Of a DNA stretch of 64,000 nt, positions 37,531 through 46,352 are shown piece by piece. The first letter of the stretch is position 1; each line of letters begins with the position of its first letter. A program made the translations under genes and the position numbers. Origin of the DNA: Burkholderiales bacterium (GTDB taxonomy: Bacteria > Pseudomonadota > Gammaproteobacteria > Burkholderiales > SG8-41); assembly GCA_030833315.1 (NCBI GenBank), contig JAURHM010000002.1, positions 1,323 through 65,322 of the forward strand, read 5' to 3'. The notes beneath the pieces are model-generated. The model was given only the letters and a program-made list of their open reading frames with translations. It was not told the origin of the DNA and ran no database searches.

Positions 37531-38619
37531 ATGCGGCTACCCGTATCCATCATCACCGGATTTCTGGGCAGCGGCAAAACCACGCTGCTGAACCGGCTGC
37601 TGCAGGACCCTGCAATGGCCGGCGCCGCGGTGATCATCAATGAGTTCGGCGAGATCGGACTCGACCATCTGTTGATCGCCACCCCCAACGAAAACACGGT
37701 GCTGCTGGCCAGCGGCTGCATTTGCTGCACGGTGCGCGGCGACCTCGTCAACACGCTGCGCGACCTCGACGCCCAGCGCCGTAAAGGCGATCTGCCGCCC
37801 TTCGATCGTGTACTGATCGAGACCACGGGTCTGGCCGATCCGGTGCCGATTGTTCAAACCGTCGTCACCGATGAAAAGCTGGCGCCCACTTACCTGCTCG
37901 ACAGCGTCATCACGCTGGTCGATGGTGTCAACGGTTTGCAGCAACTGGAGACCCAGCCGGAGTCGGTGAAACAGGCGGCGCTGGCCGATCGCCTGCTGAT
38001 AACCAAGACGGACCTGCCGGAAGCGACTGCCGTTGCGGCCTTGACTGCCCGTCTGGCTGTACTGAATCCCGGTGCCGAAGTGCTTTACGCTGCTTGTGGT
38101 GTTGTTGCAGCATCCGCACTCTTCGGTGCCGCTCTGGCGCCGGAATCACGGGCGGCGGATATCCAGCGCTGGCTGCGAGAAGAGCAATACGTCCGCGTCG
38201 AAGCTGGCCAAAGTCCGATCGGCGCTGCACCCGGAGCGCACGATCCCGGCATCCGCTCCTACAGCATTCTGCTCGATGAACCGATTACCGCGGCCGGCCT
38301 GACGTCCTGGCTGACGGCGATCGCCTCACTGCGCGGCGCCGAATTGTTGCGCGTCAAAGGCCTGCTCAATGTCGACGGTGAACCGGTGGCCGTACATGCG
38401 GTGCAGACGCTGATCCACGAACCGGTGACCTTGGCGCAATGGCCGGATGCCGAGCGCCGTTCGCGTCTGGTGTTTATTACCCGCGGCATGGATCGAGAGG
38501 CTCTGGTGTCGACGCTGGAAGTCCTACGCTGGCGCTCGGTCGCGCCGGCAGTGGGAGTGCCCAAACCGGATCCCCAGGCTTACGCGCGTTTTCTCGCGGC
38601 GATGGAAAAAATGCGCTGA
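37531..38619 (+). CDS. COG0523 (CobW/ZigA/YeiR family) G3E GTPase metallochaperone
   Basis: 362 aa with P-loop GFLGSGKTTLLN, the CICC metal motif (GCICCTVRGD) and a C-terminal CobW_C-like domain. Confidence 0.88.
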   Translation: MRLPVSIITGFLGSGKTTLLNRLLQDPAMAGAAVIINEFGEIGLDHLLIATPNENTVLLASGCICCTVRGDLVNTLRDLDAQRRKGDLPPFDRVLIETTGLADPVPIVQTVVTDEKLAPTYLLDSVITLVDGVNGLQQLETQPESVKQAALADRLLITKTDLPEATAVAALTARLAVLNPGAEVLYAACGVVAASALFGAALAPESRAADIQRWLREEQYVRVEAGQSPIGAAPGAHDPGIRSYSILLDEPITAAGLTSWLTAIASLRGAELLRVKGLLNVDGEPVAVHAVQTLIHEPVTLAQWPDAERRSRLVFITRGMDREALVSTLEVLRWRSVAPAVGVPKPDPQAYARFLAAMEKMR

Positions 38620-38637
38620 TGCATACCGGACTCCGGC

Positions 38638-38666
38638 TTGACAAGCCGGGGGTGATTATTTAGCTT
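38638..38666 (+). promoter_or_regulatory. Candidate sigma70 promoter for the amidohydrolase cluster (TTGACA-17 nt-TAGCTT)
   Basis: A perfect -35 hexamer at 38638-38643 is followed by a 17-nt spacer and a weak -10 at 38661-38666, about 100 nt upstream of the ATG at 38767. The -35 also sits inside a small hairpin, ccggctt-gac-aagccgg. Confidence 0.3.
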
Positions 38667-38766
38667 CCAACCTTCGCTGCAAACGCTTACATTTCGGTCT
38701 CGACCGATGACCCGCTGATCAGGCGCCGCACCTGCGTCGCCCTGCAATTCCGGAGGATTTACCCGC

Positions 38767-40116
38767 ATGTTCGAATTCAAACCCGTCGAAGCCAAAGGTG
38801 TCACCCGCGTCATCAAGGGTGGCATGCTGATTGACGGCAACGGCGGCAAACCGCTCAAGGATCCGGTGATCATTGTTGAAGGCCGCCGTATCAAGGAAGT
38901 CGGCAGCAAAGGCAAGATCAAGATCCCCGCCAAGGCGGAAATCATCGACTGCGGCAAATCGACATTGCTGCCGGGCCTGATGGACGTGCATCTGCACACG
39001 ATGATGTTCAACTGCCTGACCTTCCACAACTATCGTGTCGCGCAGTGGGAAATCACACCGGAACTGCAGCAGATGTACGGCCTGTTTCACGCCCAGCTGT
39101 GTTTCGACATGGGTTTCACCACGCTGCGCGACCTCGGTCTCAATTCCGGCCGCGGGCTGCTCACCGCGCATCTGTGCGCGATCCGCGATTCGATCGAAGC
39201 CGGCGTCATTGAAGGCCCGCGCATGCTGATCGGCGGTTTCACCACGATTACCGGTTCCCACCTTGACCTGATCCAGCCGCGCGCCGCACAGCGTTACGGT
39301 TTCCAAACCGCCGACGGCCCGTGGGAGTTGCGCAAACTGGCGCGGACCAACCTGCTCGCCGGTTGCGACATCGTCAAGACCTGCGCAACGGGCGGCGGCG
39401 GTACCGACAAGGAAGAGCCGGACATCCGCAACATGACCCAGGAAGAAATCAACGCCATCGTTGACGAAGCCCACGCCTTCCACAAGACTGCCGCGGTGCA
39501 CTGCTTCACGCCCAACGGCCAGCGCATGGCGCTGGAAGCCGGTGCCGATACCATTGAACACATGGTGTTCCATGACGATGAAACCATCGACATGATCGCA
39601 GAATCGGGCACCTGGATGACGCCGACGCTGCTGCATCGCACGGATCAGGCCATCGGCACCCGCAAGGATCAGGGCACCTCGCAGTTTGTACTGAACAAGA
39701 TGAAGGCTTTACAGCCGTACTGCTTCGAGACTTTCCAGAAAATGCACAAGGCCGGCGTCAATATCGCGCTCGGCACCGACATGGGTTTCGATCCCGAGAT
39801 GGGCACCAACGCCCGCGAGATGGAAATCTACGTCAATCTCGGCATGACGCCGATGGAAGCGATCATGAGCGCGACGCGCAACGCTGCTCGCGCGATCAAG
39901 CTCGACAGGCAGCTGGGTACCGTTGAATCCGGCAAGCTCGCCGACATCATCGCTGTCAAAGGCGATCCGCTGAAAAACATTCGCGTATTCCAGGAAAAGA
40001 AAAACATCGAGCTGGTGATGAAGGAAGGCCGCGTCTATGCCGACCGCCGTCCCGGCCACAGCAAGAGCGTCGTCAGCGTCACGCCGAAAGACTGGAAAAA
40101 AATCGATTACCTGTAA
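38767..40116 (+). CDS. Metal-dependent amidohydrolase (COG1228-like, imidazolonepropionase/Xaa-Pro dipeptidase-related)
   Basis: 449 aa with HxH (LMDVHLHT), candidate ligands in VKTCATGG, AAVHCF and IEHM, the Asp motif ALGTDMG, and a composite beta-sandwich at both ends. Confidence 0.85.
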   Translation: MFEFKPVEAKGVTRVIKGGMLIDGNGGKPLKDPVIIVEGRRIKEVGSKGKIKIPAKAEIIDCGKSTLLPGLMDVHLHTMMFNCLTFHNYRVAQWEITPELQQMYGLFHAQLCFDMGFTTLRDLGLNSGRGLLTAHLCAIRDSIEAGVIEGPRMLIGGFTTITGSHLDLIQPRAAQRYGFQTADGPWELRKLARTNLLAGCDIVKTCATGGGGTDKEEPDIRNMTQEEINAIVDEAHAFHKTAAVHCFTPNGQRMALEAGADTIEHMVFHDDETIDMIAESGTWMTPTLLHRTDQAIGTRKDQGTSQFVLNKMKALQPYCFETFQKMHKAGVNIALGTDMGFDPEMGTNAREMEIYVNLGMTPMEAIMSATRNAARAIKLDRQLGTVESGKLADIIAVKGDPLKNIRVFQEKKNIELVMKEGRVYADRRPGHSKSVVSVTPKDWKKIDYL

Positions 40117-40158
40117 TCCGCAGCGGATTACGCAACGAACAACCGGAGGGGGTTGAGC

Positions 40159-40689
40159 ATGGCCGCAGCAAAGAAGGCAGTTAAAAAAGCCGTTAAAAAA
40201 GCGGCATCCAAAACCAAGACCGTTGGCGCCATCCGCGCCGGAAACGGCCAGTACCATTTCCGCATGGCGAATCTGAAGAAGGTGCCTGCGGGCACCGGCT
40301 ATTCGACTTCGCACGGCGGTGTTGTGGAAGGTTCACGCATACTCGTCGGCTACATCCACAAGCCACGTGGTACCGGCTCGCGGATGCACACGCACAAGAA
40401 CGAGCAGCTGAACTATGTACTGCAAGGCACGCTGGTGGGGTCGGTCAACGGCAAACGCGTTGTCGCCCCTGCCGGCACTCTGATTTACATTCCGGCGAAT
40501 GCCCCGCATAACCTGATCTCGTCGACCAAGGACAAGGATGTCATTTTCCTCGCGATCAAGGATCTGTCGCAGGGCATCATCGGCATGGCGGTGGATGGCA
40601 CGATGACCGGACCGCATTACGAAAAAGGTTTCGGTCCGGCAAAAAAAGCGGCGAAAAAGAAAACCACCAAGCGTGCCATCAAGCGTTGA
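40159..40689 (+). CDS. Cupin-domain protein with Lys/Ala-rich (histone H1-like) N- and C-terminal tails
   Basis: The ATG at 40159 is preceded by ggaggg. The ORF track starts at TTG 40153. The core carries cupin motifs (GSRMHTHKNEQLNYVLQG, GTLIYIPANAPHN). The tails are AAAKKAVKKAVKKAASKTKT and PAKKAAKKKTTKRAIKR. Confidence 0.7.
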   Translation: MAAAKKAVKKAVKKAASKTKTVGAIRAGNGQYHFRMANLKKVPAGTGYSTSHGGVVEGSRILVGYIHKPRGTGSRMHTHKNEQLNYVLQGTLVGSVNGKRVVAPAGTLIYIPANAPHNLISSTKDKDVIFLAIKDLSQGIIGMAVDGTMTGPHYEKGFGPAKKAAKKKTTKRAIKR

Positions 40690-40723
40690 AATAATAAACA
40701 AAATCAGATAGTTAACCATCCCG

Positions 40724-41968
40724 ATGCGTTTGACGGCAGAGGAGAAAAAAATGCTGCGCGGCGAACAGGGCCGCGCGGTGCAGGAAGCGCTGCAACTGCA
40801 GCAGGAAGTCGGCAAGTTTTTCGGCGCAAAACGGTTTGTACCGGTGTCGAATGTGCACATGATGGGCGACATCGAAGTCATGGGCGACGCCGGCAAGTCC
40901 TTTATTGAAAGGGCCGCAGAGTCCGGCGCGAAATGCCGGCAGCCGACGACGACCAATGCGCGCTGCATCGACTTCGCCCATGTCGAACACCTGAAGCAGG
41001 ACAAGAACGAAGCTCGCAAGGAACAGGAACTCATCGCCTGCCTGCGGCGCATGGACGTCATCACCGCCGATACCTGTATTAATTACCAGACGCTGTATCA
41101 GCCGCATCTCGGCGAACATGTCGCCTGGGGTGATACCGGCACAGTCATTTACGCCAACTCGGTGTTCGGCGCGCGTTCGAATTTCGAAGCCGGTCCCGCT
41201 GCCTTGGCTGCAGGTCTGACGGGCCGCGTACCGGAATACGGCTTCCATCTCGATGAACACCGCCGCGGTACTTTTCAGGTCAATCTGAAAGCCGATCTGA
41301 ACGACCTCGCAGACTGGGGCGCGATCGGCAAGATCGTCGGCTCAGGGCACCAGGACTATTACGCGGTGCCGGTATTCACTGGCATCAAGCGCCGGCCGAC
41401 CGCCGATGAACTGAAACAGCTCGGTGCCGCGCTGGCAAGTTACGGCTCGATGGGCATGTTCCACATGGTTGGCGTGACTCCGGAAGCGCCGACGCTGAAG
41501 GCGGCCTTCGGCGGGCGCAAGCCGAAAGAGGTAATGACGGTTACCAACCGCGATCTCGAAAAAGTCTATGCCGGTTATGACAAACAGAACAATCCGCTGA
41601 ATCTGGTGGTGTTTTCCGGTCCGCAGCAATCGCTGTTTGAAATGAAAACGCTGGCCGCTCTGCTCAAGGGTCGCAAGGTGGCGAAAGGCAGCCAGCTGTT
41701 CATCACCACCAGCAATGGTGTCAAAAGCGCCGCGAAGGAATTGGGTTATCTGCAGGACATCGAAGAGTCGGGTGCCGTCGTGCTTGAAGGCGTGTGTTTC
41801 TACATCCTGCAGAATCTGCCGCAGATGCGTTTGCGCGAGGGCTGGAGCAACCTCGTCACCAATTCGGCAAAACTGGCCAATATCATCGGTGCGCATAAAT
41901 TCAATACCATCCTGCGCCGCACCGGCGAATGCATTGACATTGCCTGCACCGGCACGGATGTGCGGTGA
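40724..41968 (+). CDS. Aconitase X (AcnX) large/catalytic subunit, DUF521 family
   Basis: 414 aa. The N-terminus MRLTAEEKKMLRGEQG...VPVSNVHM and the overall pattern match my recollection of DUF521. It is followed by an overlapping DUF126-like gene, which is the standard split AcnX arrangement. Confidence 0.78.
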   Translation: MRLTAEEKKMLRGEQGRAVQEALQLQQEVGKFFGAKRFVPVSNVHMMGDIEVMGDAGKSFIERAAESGAKCRQPTTTNARCIDFAHVEHLKQDKNEARKEQELIACLRRMDVITADTCINYQTLYQPHLGEHVAWGDTGTVIYANSVFGARSNFEAGPAALAAGLTGRVPEYGFHLDEHRRGTFQVNLKADLNDLADWGAIGKIVGSGHQDYYAVPVFTGIKRRPTADELKQLGAALASYGSMGMFHMVGVTPEAPTLKAAFGGRKPKEVMTVTNRDLEKVYAGYDKQNNPLNLVVFSGPQQSLFEMKTLAALLKGRKVAKGSQLFITTSNGVKSAAKELGYLQDIEESGAVVLEGVCFYILQNLPQMRLREGWSNLVTNSAKLANIIGAHKFNTILRRTGECIDIACTGTDVR

Positions 41969-42393
41969 GCAAGCCCGCTAAAACCATCCGCGTCAATCGG
42001 GCATTCGGAAGCATCGTTGAAGGTGAAGCGCTGGTGTCCACCGAAGGCTTTTCACCGCGCTACGACCTTGATCGCTGGAGCGGCCTGATCTCTCGACCCG
42101 GCCATGCGCTCGAAGGCCATAACATCAAGGACAAGATCCTGATCACGCCCAGTGCGAAGGGCGGCATTGCGGCCGGCTGGGCCTTTTACGACATCCAGCA
42201 CAAGGGCATCGCCCCGAAAGCCTTTGTCTTCGGCGTCACCAATCCGGTGATGGTGCAGGGCGCGGTATTCGCCGGAATCACCATTACTGAAGGTTGGTCG
42301 GCAGACCCTTACCAGTTGATTCGTACCGGCGACATCGTCCGTATCAATCCCGAAAAACGGACAATGACACTGGTCCGACGCGGTTCGCGGTAA
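41965..42393 (+). CDS. Aconitase X small (swivel-domain) subunit, DUF126 family
   Basis: 142 aa with a GTG start in a GTGA overlap with the upstream stop. G(E/D)ALV...ILI.PSAKGG is the DUF126 hallmark as I recall it. Confidence 0.72.
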   Translation: MSKPAKTIRVNRAFGSIVEGEALVSTEGFSPRYDLDRWSGLISRPGHALEGHNIKDKILITPSAKGGIAAGWAFYDIQHKGIAPKAFVFGVTNPVMVQGAVFAGITITEGWSADPYQLIRTGDIVRINPEKRTMTLVRRGSR

Positions 42394-42434
42394 TCTGTCG
42401 CAAACGTCTGCAACAAAACCCGAGGAGGAGCCTC

Positions 42435-43403
42435 ATGAAAATGTTGATGCCTGTCGCATTGCTGGCTGCATCGGTACTGTCACTCCCGATAGAGGCCGCC
42501 ACCGCATTTCCGAACAAGCCGATCCGCATCATCGTTGCCTACACGCCAGCAGGTACCACCGACATCCTCGCCCGCGCCATCGGCCAGAAAATGAGTGAGA
42601 CCTGGGGCCAACCGGTGATTGTTGATAACCGTGCGGGTGCAGCGGGCAATATCGGTACCGAGGTTGCGGCGCGCTCAACGTCCGATGGACATACGCTGAT
42701 TATGGGTACCGCCGGAACCCATGGCATCAACGTCAGTCTGTACCGGAAACTCAGCTGGCACCCAGTGAACGACTTTGCACCGGTCAGCCTCTCGGCGATG
42801 GTGCCAAACATCATGGTTGTCAACAATTCCTTGCCAGTCAAAAACGTGCGTGAGTTTGTCGCTCACGTCAAAGCCAATCCCGGAAAACTGTCATACGGTT
42901 CTCCCGGCAACGGCAGCACCGCACATCTGTCGATGGAATTGTTCAAAAGCATGACGGGTTCGAACATTGTGCATATTCCCTACAAAGGCAGCGCTGGTGT
43001 TCTTGCTGACGTCATGGGCGGGCAGATTGCAGTGACGATCGACAACATGCCACCCTACATTCCGCAGGTGAAAGCCGGCAAGATCCGCGCACTCGCCGTC
43101 AGCACCAATAAACGCTCCTCTGCAATGCCCGATCTGCCAACCATTGCCGAAGCCGGCGTGCCCGGCTATGAGGCCGGGGCCTGGTTCGGGCTGCTGGCTC
43201 CGGCGGGAACACCTAAGGCCATCTTGGCCCAGCTTTCAGCAGAAAGCGCGCGCATCCTCAAGCTGCCGGATATAAGTAAGCGCATTTCCGAGCTGGGTGC
43301 TGAACCGGTGGGCAGCACACCAGAGCAGTTTGCTGCATTGATCAACAGCGAAATCGCCAAATGGGCGAAGGTGATCAAGGATGCGAACGTCGAGCTGCAG
43401 TAA
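42435..43403 (+). CDS. Bug/TctC-family periplasmic substrate-binding protein (tripartite tricarboxylate transporter)
   Basis: Trimmed to MKMLMPVALLAASVLSLPIEA (signal peptide) after a gaggagg RBS. It contains FPNKPIRIIVAYTPAGTTD, PYKGSA and GAWFGLLAPAGTP. Confidence 0.88.
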   Translation: MKMLMPVALLAASVLSLPIEAATAFPNKPIRIIVAYTPAGTTDILARAIGQKMSETWGQPVIVDNRAGAAGNIGTEVAARSTSDGHTLIMGTAGTHGINVSLYRKLSWHPVNDFAPVSLSAMVPNIMVVNNSLPVKNVREFVAHVKANPGKLSYGSPGNGSTAHLSMELFKSMTGSNIVHIPYKGSAGVLADVMGGQIAVTIDNMPPYIPQVKAGKIRALAVSTNKRSSAMPDLPTIAEAGVPGYEAGAWFGLLAPAGTPKAILAQLSAESARILKLPDISKRISELGAEPVGSTPEQFAALINSEIAKWAKVIKDANVELQ

Positions 43404-43481
43404 AAACTGCAGGTAACGCAAGGAACAGGAGTTTCAGGATATCCTGCGCATCCTGACCATCACTATTAAATTGAATTTCCA

Positions 43482-44627
43482 GTGATCCGCGACCCCGAAT
43501 CCTTTTCCATTCTGCTCGAAACTCTGCAACGCTTCGTTCGCGAGAAACTCATTCCGCGCGAAGCCGAGGTGACCGAAACCGACGAGATTCCCGCCGATAT
43601 CGTTGCCGTAATGCGCGAACTCGGCTTGTTCGGTCTGACCATACCCGAGGAATACGGCGGTCTCGGACTCACCGCCGAGGAGGAGGTGCTGACCTCGATG
43701 GCCGTGTGTTACGCCTCGCCGGTATTCCGTTCGCGCTTCGGCACCAACACCGGCATCGGTTCGCAGGGTATTGTCATCGACGGTACGCCGGAGCAGAAAA
43801 AGAAATACCTGCCGCGGCTGGCCGCCGGCGAAATCACCGGCTCCTTTGCGCTGACCGAACCGGAGGCCGGTTCCGACGCCGGATCACTGCGTACTACGGC
43901 AAAACGCGATGGTGATTTTTACGTGATTAACGGCAGCAAGCGTTACATCACCAATGCACCGGAAGCCGATATCTTCACGCTGATGGCACGCACCGATCTG
44001 AATTCAAAGGATGCCAGGGGCGTGTCGGCATTCATCGTCGAACGCAATACACCGGGCCTGACCGTCGGGCCTTACGACCGCAAGATGGGCCAGCGGGGCT
44101 CGCATACCGCTGACGTGATCTTCGATAACGTGCGCGTGCTGGCCACCAACATTATCGGCGGGCAGGAAGGCATGGGTTTCAAGACAGCAATGAAAGTGCT
44201 CGACAAGGCCCGGCTCAATATCGCCGCGGTCTGCGTCGGCGCCGCCGAGCGCCTGCTCGACGAGGCGCTGAACTATGCGCGTGAACGCAAGCAGTTCGGC
44301 AAACCCGTGGCCGAGTTCCAGCTGGTGCAGGCGATGCTCGCCGATTCCAAGGCCGAGGTTTTTGCCGGCCGCAGCATGGTGCTCGAAGCGGCGCGCAAAA
44401 AGGACACTGGAGTAAACATCACGATGGAAGCCTCATGCGCCAAGTTGTTTTGCGCCGAGATGGTCGGGCGCGTGGCAGACCGTGCGGTGCAGATTCACGG
44501 CGGTGCCGGTTACATGCAGGCCTCGGCGGTGGAGCGGCTGTATCGCGACGTGCGATTGTTCCGCTTGTATGAAGGCACCAGCCAGATTCAGCAGCTGGTG
44601 ATTGCCCGGCACATGCTGAAAGACTGA
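43482..44627 (+). CDS. Acyl-CoA dehydrogenase
   Basis: 381 aa with a GTG start. It contains FALTEPEAGSD, FIVE...GL, and the catalytic-base region RLYEGTSQIQ. Confidence 0.92.
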   Translation: MIRDPESFSILLETLQRFVREKLIPREAEVTETDEIPADIVAVMRELGLFGLTIPEEYGGLGLTAEEEVLTSMAVCYASPVFRSRFGTNTGIGSQGIVIDGTPEQKKKYLPRLAAGEITGSFALTEPEAGSDAGSLRTTAKRDGDFYVINGSKRYITNAPEADIFTLMARTDLNSKDARGVSAFIVERNTPGLTVGPYDRKMGQRGSHTADVIFDNVRVLATNIIGGQEGMGFKTAMKVLDKARLNIAAVCVGAAERLLDEALNYARERKQFGKPVAEFQLVQAMLADSKAEVFAGRSMVLEAARKKDTGVNITMEASCAKLFCAEMVGRVADRAVQIHGGAGYMQASAVERLYRDVRLFRLYEGTSQIQQLVIARHMLKD

Positions 44628-44659
44628 TTGGCCCGCTTTAGCGGTCAATCAGTACTTTT
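44624..44659 (+). terminator. Rho-independent terminator-like hairpin at the end of the acyl-CoA dehydrogenase gene
   Basis: ctgattggcccgc-ttta-gcggtcaatcag forms a ~12-bp stem with one bulge and one G-U pair. It is followed by tactttt, and the ACAD stop codon lies in the 5' arm. Confidence 0.55.
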
Positions 44660-44769
44660 GATGTCCACGAAGCGGCACCTGCCCGCACCGTCCTCCGGCG
44701 CTGCCCTAGAATGACCGTATCGACAACACGCCTTTTGCGCAACCTCGTTATTGACCCGAAGGATTAGCC

Positions 44770-46305
44770 GTGGCATTCGAAAAACTGCTCGAAGAATTCA
44801 AACAGAAAACCGACGAAGCACTGGGCATGGGTGGGCCGGAGAAGCTGGCCAAGCGCAAAGCGGAAGGCCATCTCAATGCCCGCGAGCGGATCGATTACCT
44901 GATCGACGAAGGCTCGTTCATCGAATCCGGCCGTTTCGCACGGAGTAATCAGCCCGCGGTCAAACACAAGACGCCGGCTGACGGCAAAGTGGCCGGTTTC
45001 GCCAGGATCGACGGCCGCGACATTGCGCTGGTGTCGAACGATTTCACCGTGCTCGGTGCATCGTCCGCCGTGATCAACATGAAAAAGATCAAGCACGTGA
45101 AGCAGGTCGCGAACAAACGCGGCATGCCGATGGTGATGCTCGGCGAATCGTCCGGCGCACGAATGCCCGACCGCATGGGCTCCGCCGGCCGCGCGATCAT
45201 TGCCCAGGATCCCTTCGAATATCAGCGCCTGCGCGAATCGCCGTGGTGTTCTGCGCTGCTTGGCCAGTGTTACGGTTCATCGACCTGGTATTCGGCCATG
45301 TCGGACTTCGTGGTGATGCGCAAGGGCGCCATCATGGCGATTGCCAGCCCCAATGTGACCTCGATTGCCATCAACAAGCCGATTGATGCCGAAGACCTCG
45401 GCGGCTGGAAACTGCTGACCGGTGTATCGGGTCTGGCCGACATGGCTGTCGATACCGACCAGCAGGCGATGGATTCGATCAAGAAGTTCCTCTCGTACCT
45501 GCCCAGCCACAATATGCAGCCGCCGCCGGAGTACCCGGTACCGGCCGGTTCAGATGAGGCCTGCAAGACCATCTTCGACATCCTGCCGGAATCGCGCAAC
45601 AAGGTGTACGACGTGCGCAAGATCATTGCGGCGATATCGGACAAGGATTCGATGTTCGAGCTGAAGGAGCGCTTTGGCAAATCAATCTCGACGGTGCTGG
45701 CGCGGCTTGACGGCAAAAGCGTCGGTTACATCGCCAACAACCCGATGTACAAGGGTGGCGCGCTGGACGCCGATGCGGTGCAGAAAGTCATCAGCTTCAT
45801 GGTGTTGTGTGATTCGTTCAATGTGCCGCTGGTGTTCCTCGTCGATGTGCCGGGTTTCCTGATCGGCGTCGAAGGCGAAATCCGCGGCATGCCGGGCAAG
45901 GTCATCAACTGGATGAACGCATTGTCGCAGGTCACCGTGCCCAAGCTGACGGTGATCATGCGCAAGGACTACGGCCAGGCTTACATCAATATGGCGGGCG
46001 GCAAGGGCGCTGACGAAGTCGCGGTATGGCCGACGGCGGACCTCGGCTTCATGGATCCTGCGGTATCGGTGAACGTGTTGTACGGCATCAAGCAGCAGGA
46101 CGATCCGGAGAAGTTCGCCAAACTCAAGGCTGAAGTCGAACGCGACACCTCGGCCTGGGGTCTGGCGGAACTGTACGAAGCCCAGCATGTGCTCGACCCG
46201 CGCGACACCCGCGCCTGGCTGATCCGCACGCTGGAGATTCACCGCAAGGGCATGAAAAACGGTGTTGGCGACCACCTGTTGCGCAACTGGCCGACCAGCT
46301 ACTGA
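44770..46305 (+). CDS. Acyl-CoA carboxylase beta-type carboxyltransferase domain protein (paralog 1)
   Basis: 511 aa with a GTG start after aagga. It aligns by eye along its full length with propionyl-CoA carboxylase beta and the transcarboxylase 12S subunit (NARERID, VSNDFTV.GAS, LCDSFN.P, TVPK, DPRDTR). Confidence 0.9.
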   Translation: MAFEKLLEEFKQKTDEALGMGGPEKLAKRKAEGHLNARERIDYLIDEGSFIESGRFARSNQPAVKHKTPADGKVAGFARIDGRDIALVSNDFTVLGASSAVINMKKIKHVKQVANKRGMPMVMLGESSGARMPDRMGSAGRAIIAQDPFEYQRLRESPWCSALLGQCYGSSTWYSAMSDFVVMRKGAIMAIASPNVTSIAINKPIDAEDLGGWKLLTGVSGLADMAVDTDQQAMDSIKKFLSYLPSHNMQPPPEYPVPAGSDEACKTIFDILPESRNKVYDVRKIIAAISDKDSMFELKERFGKSISTVLARLDGKSVGYIANNPMYKGGALDADAVQKVISFMVLCDSFNVPLVFLVDVPGFLIGVEGEIRGMPGKVINWMNALSQVTVPKLTVIMRKDYGQAYINMAGGKGADEVAVWPTADLGFMDPAVSVNVLYGIKQQDDPEKFAKLKAEVERDTSAWGLAELYEAQHVLDPRDTRAWLIRTLEIHRKGMKNGVGDHLLRNWPTSY

Positions 46306-46352
46306 TGATCGCGCAAGGACGCGAGCACGGCGTCTGCCGAAGGGAGGGCAAT

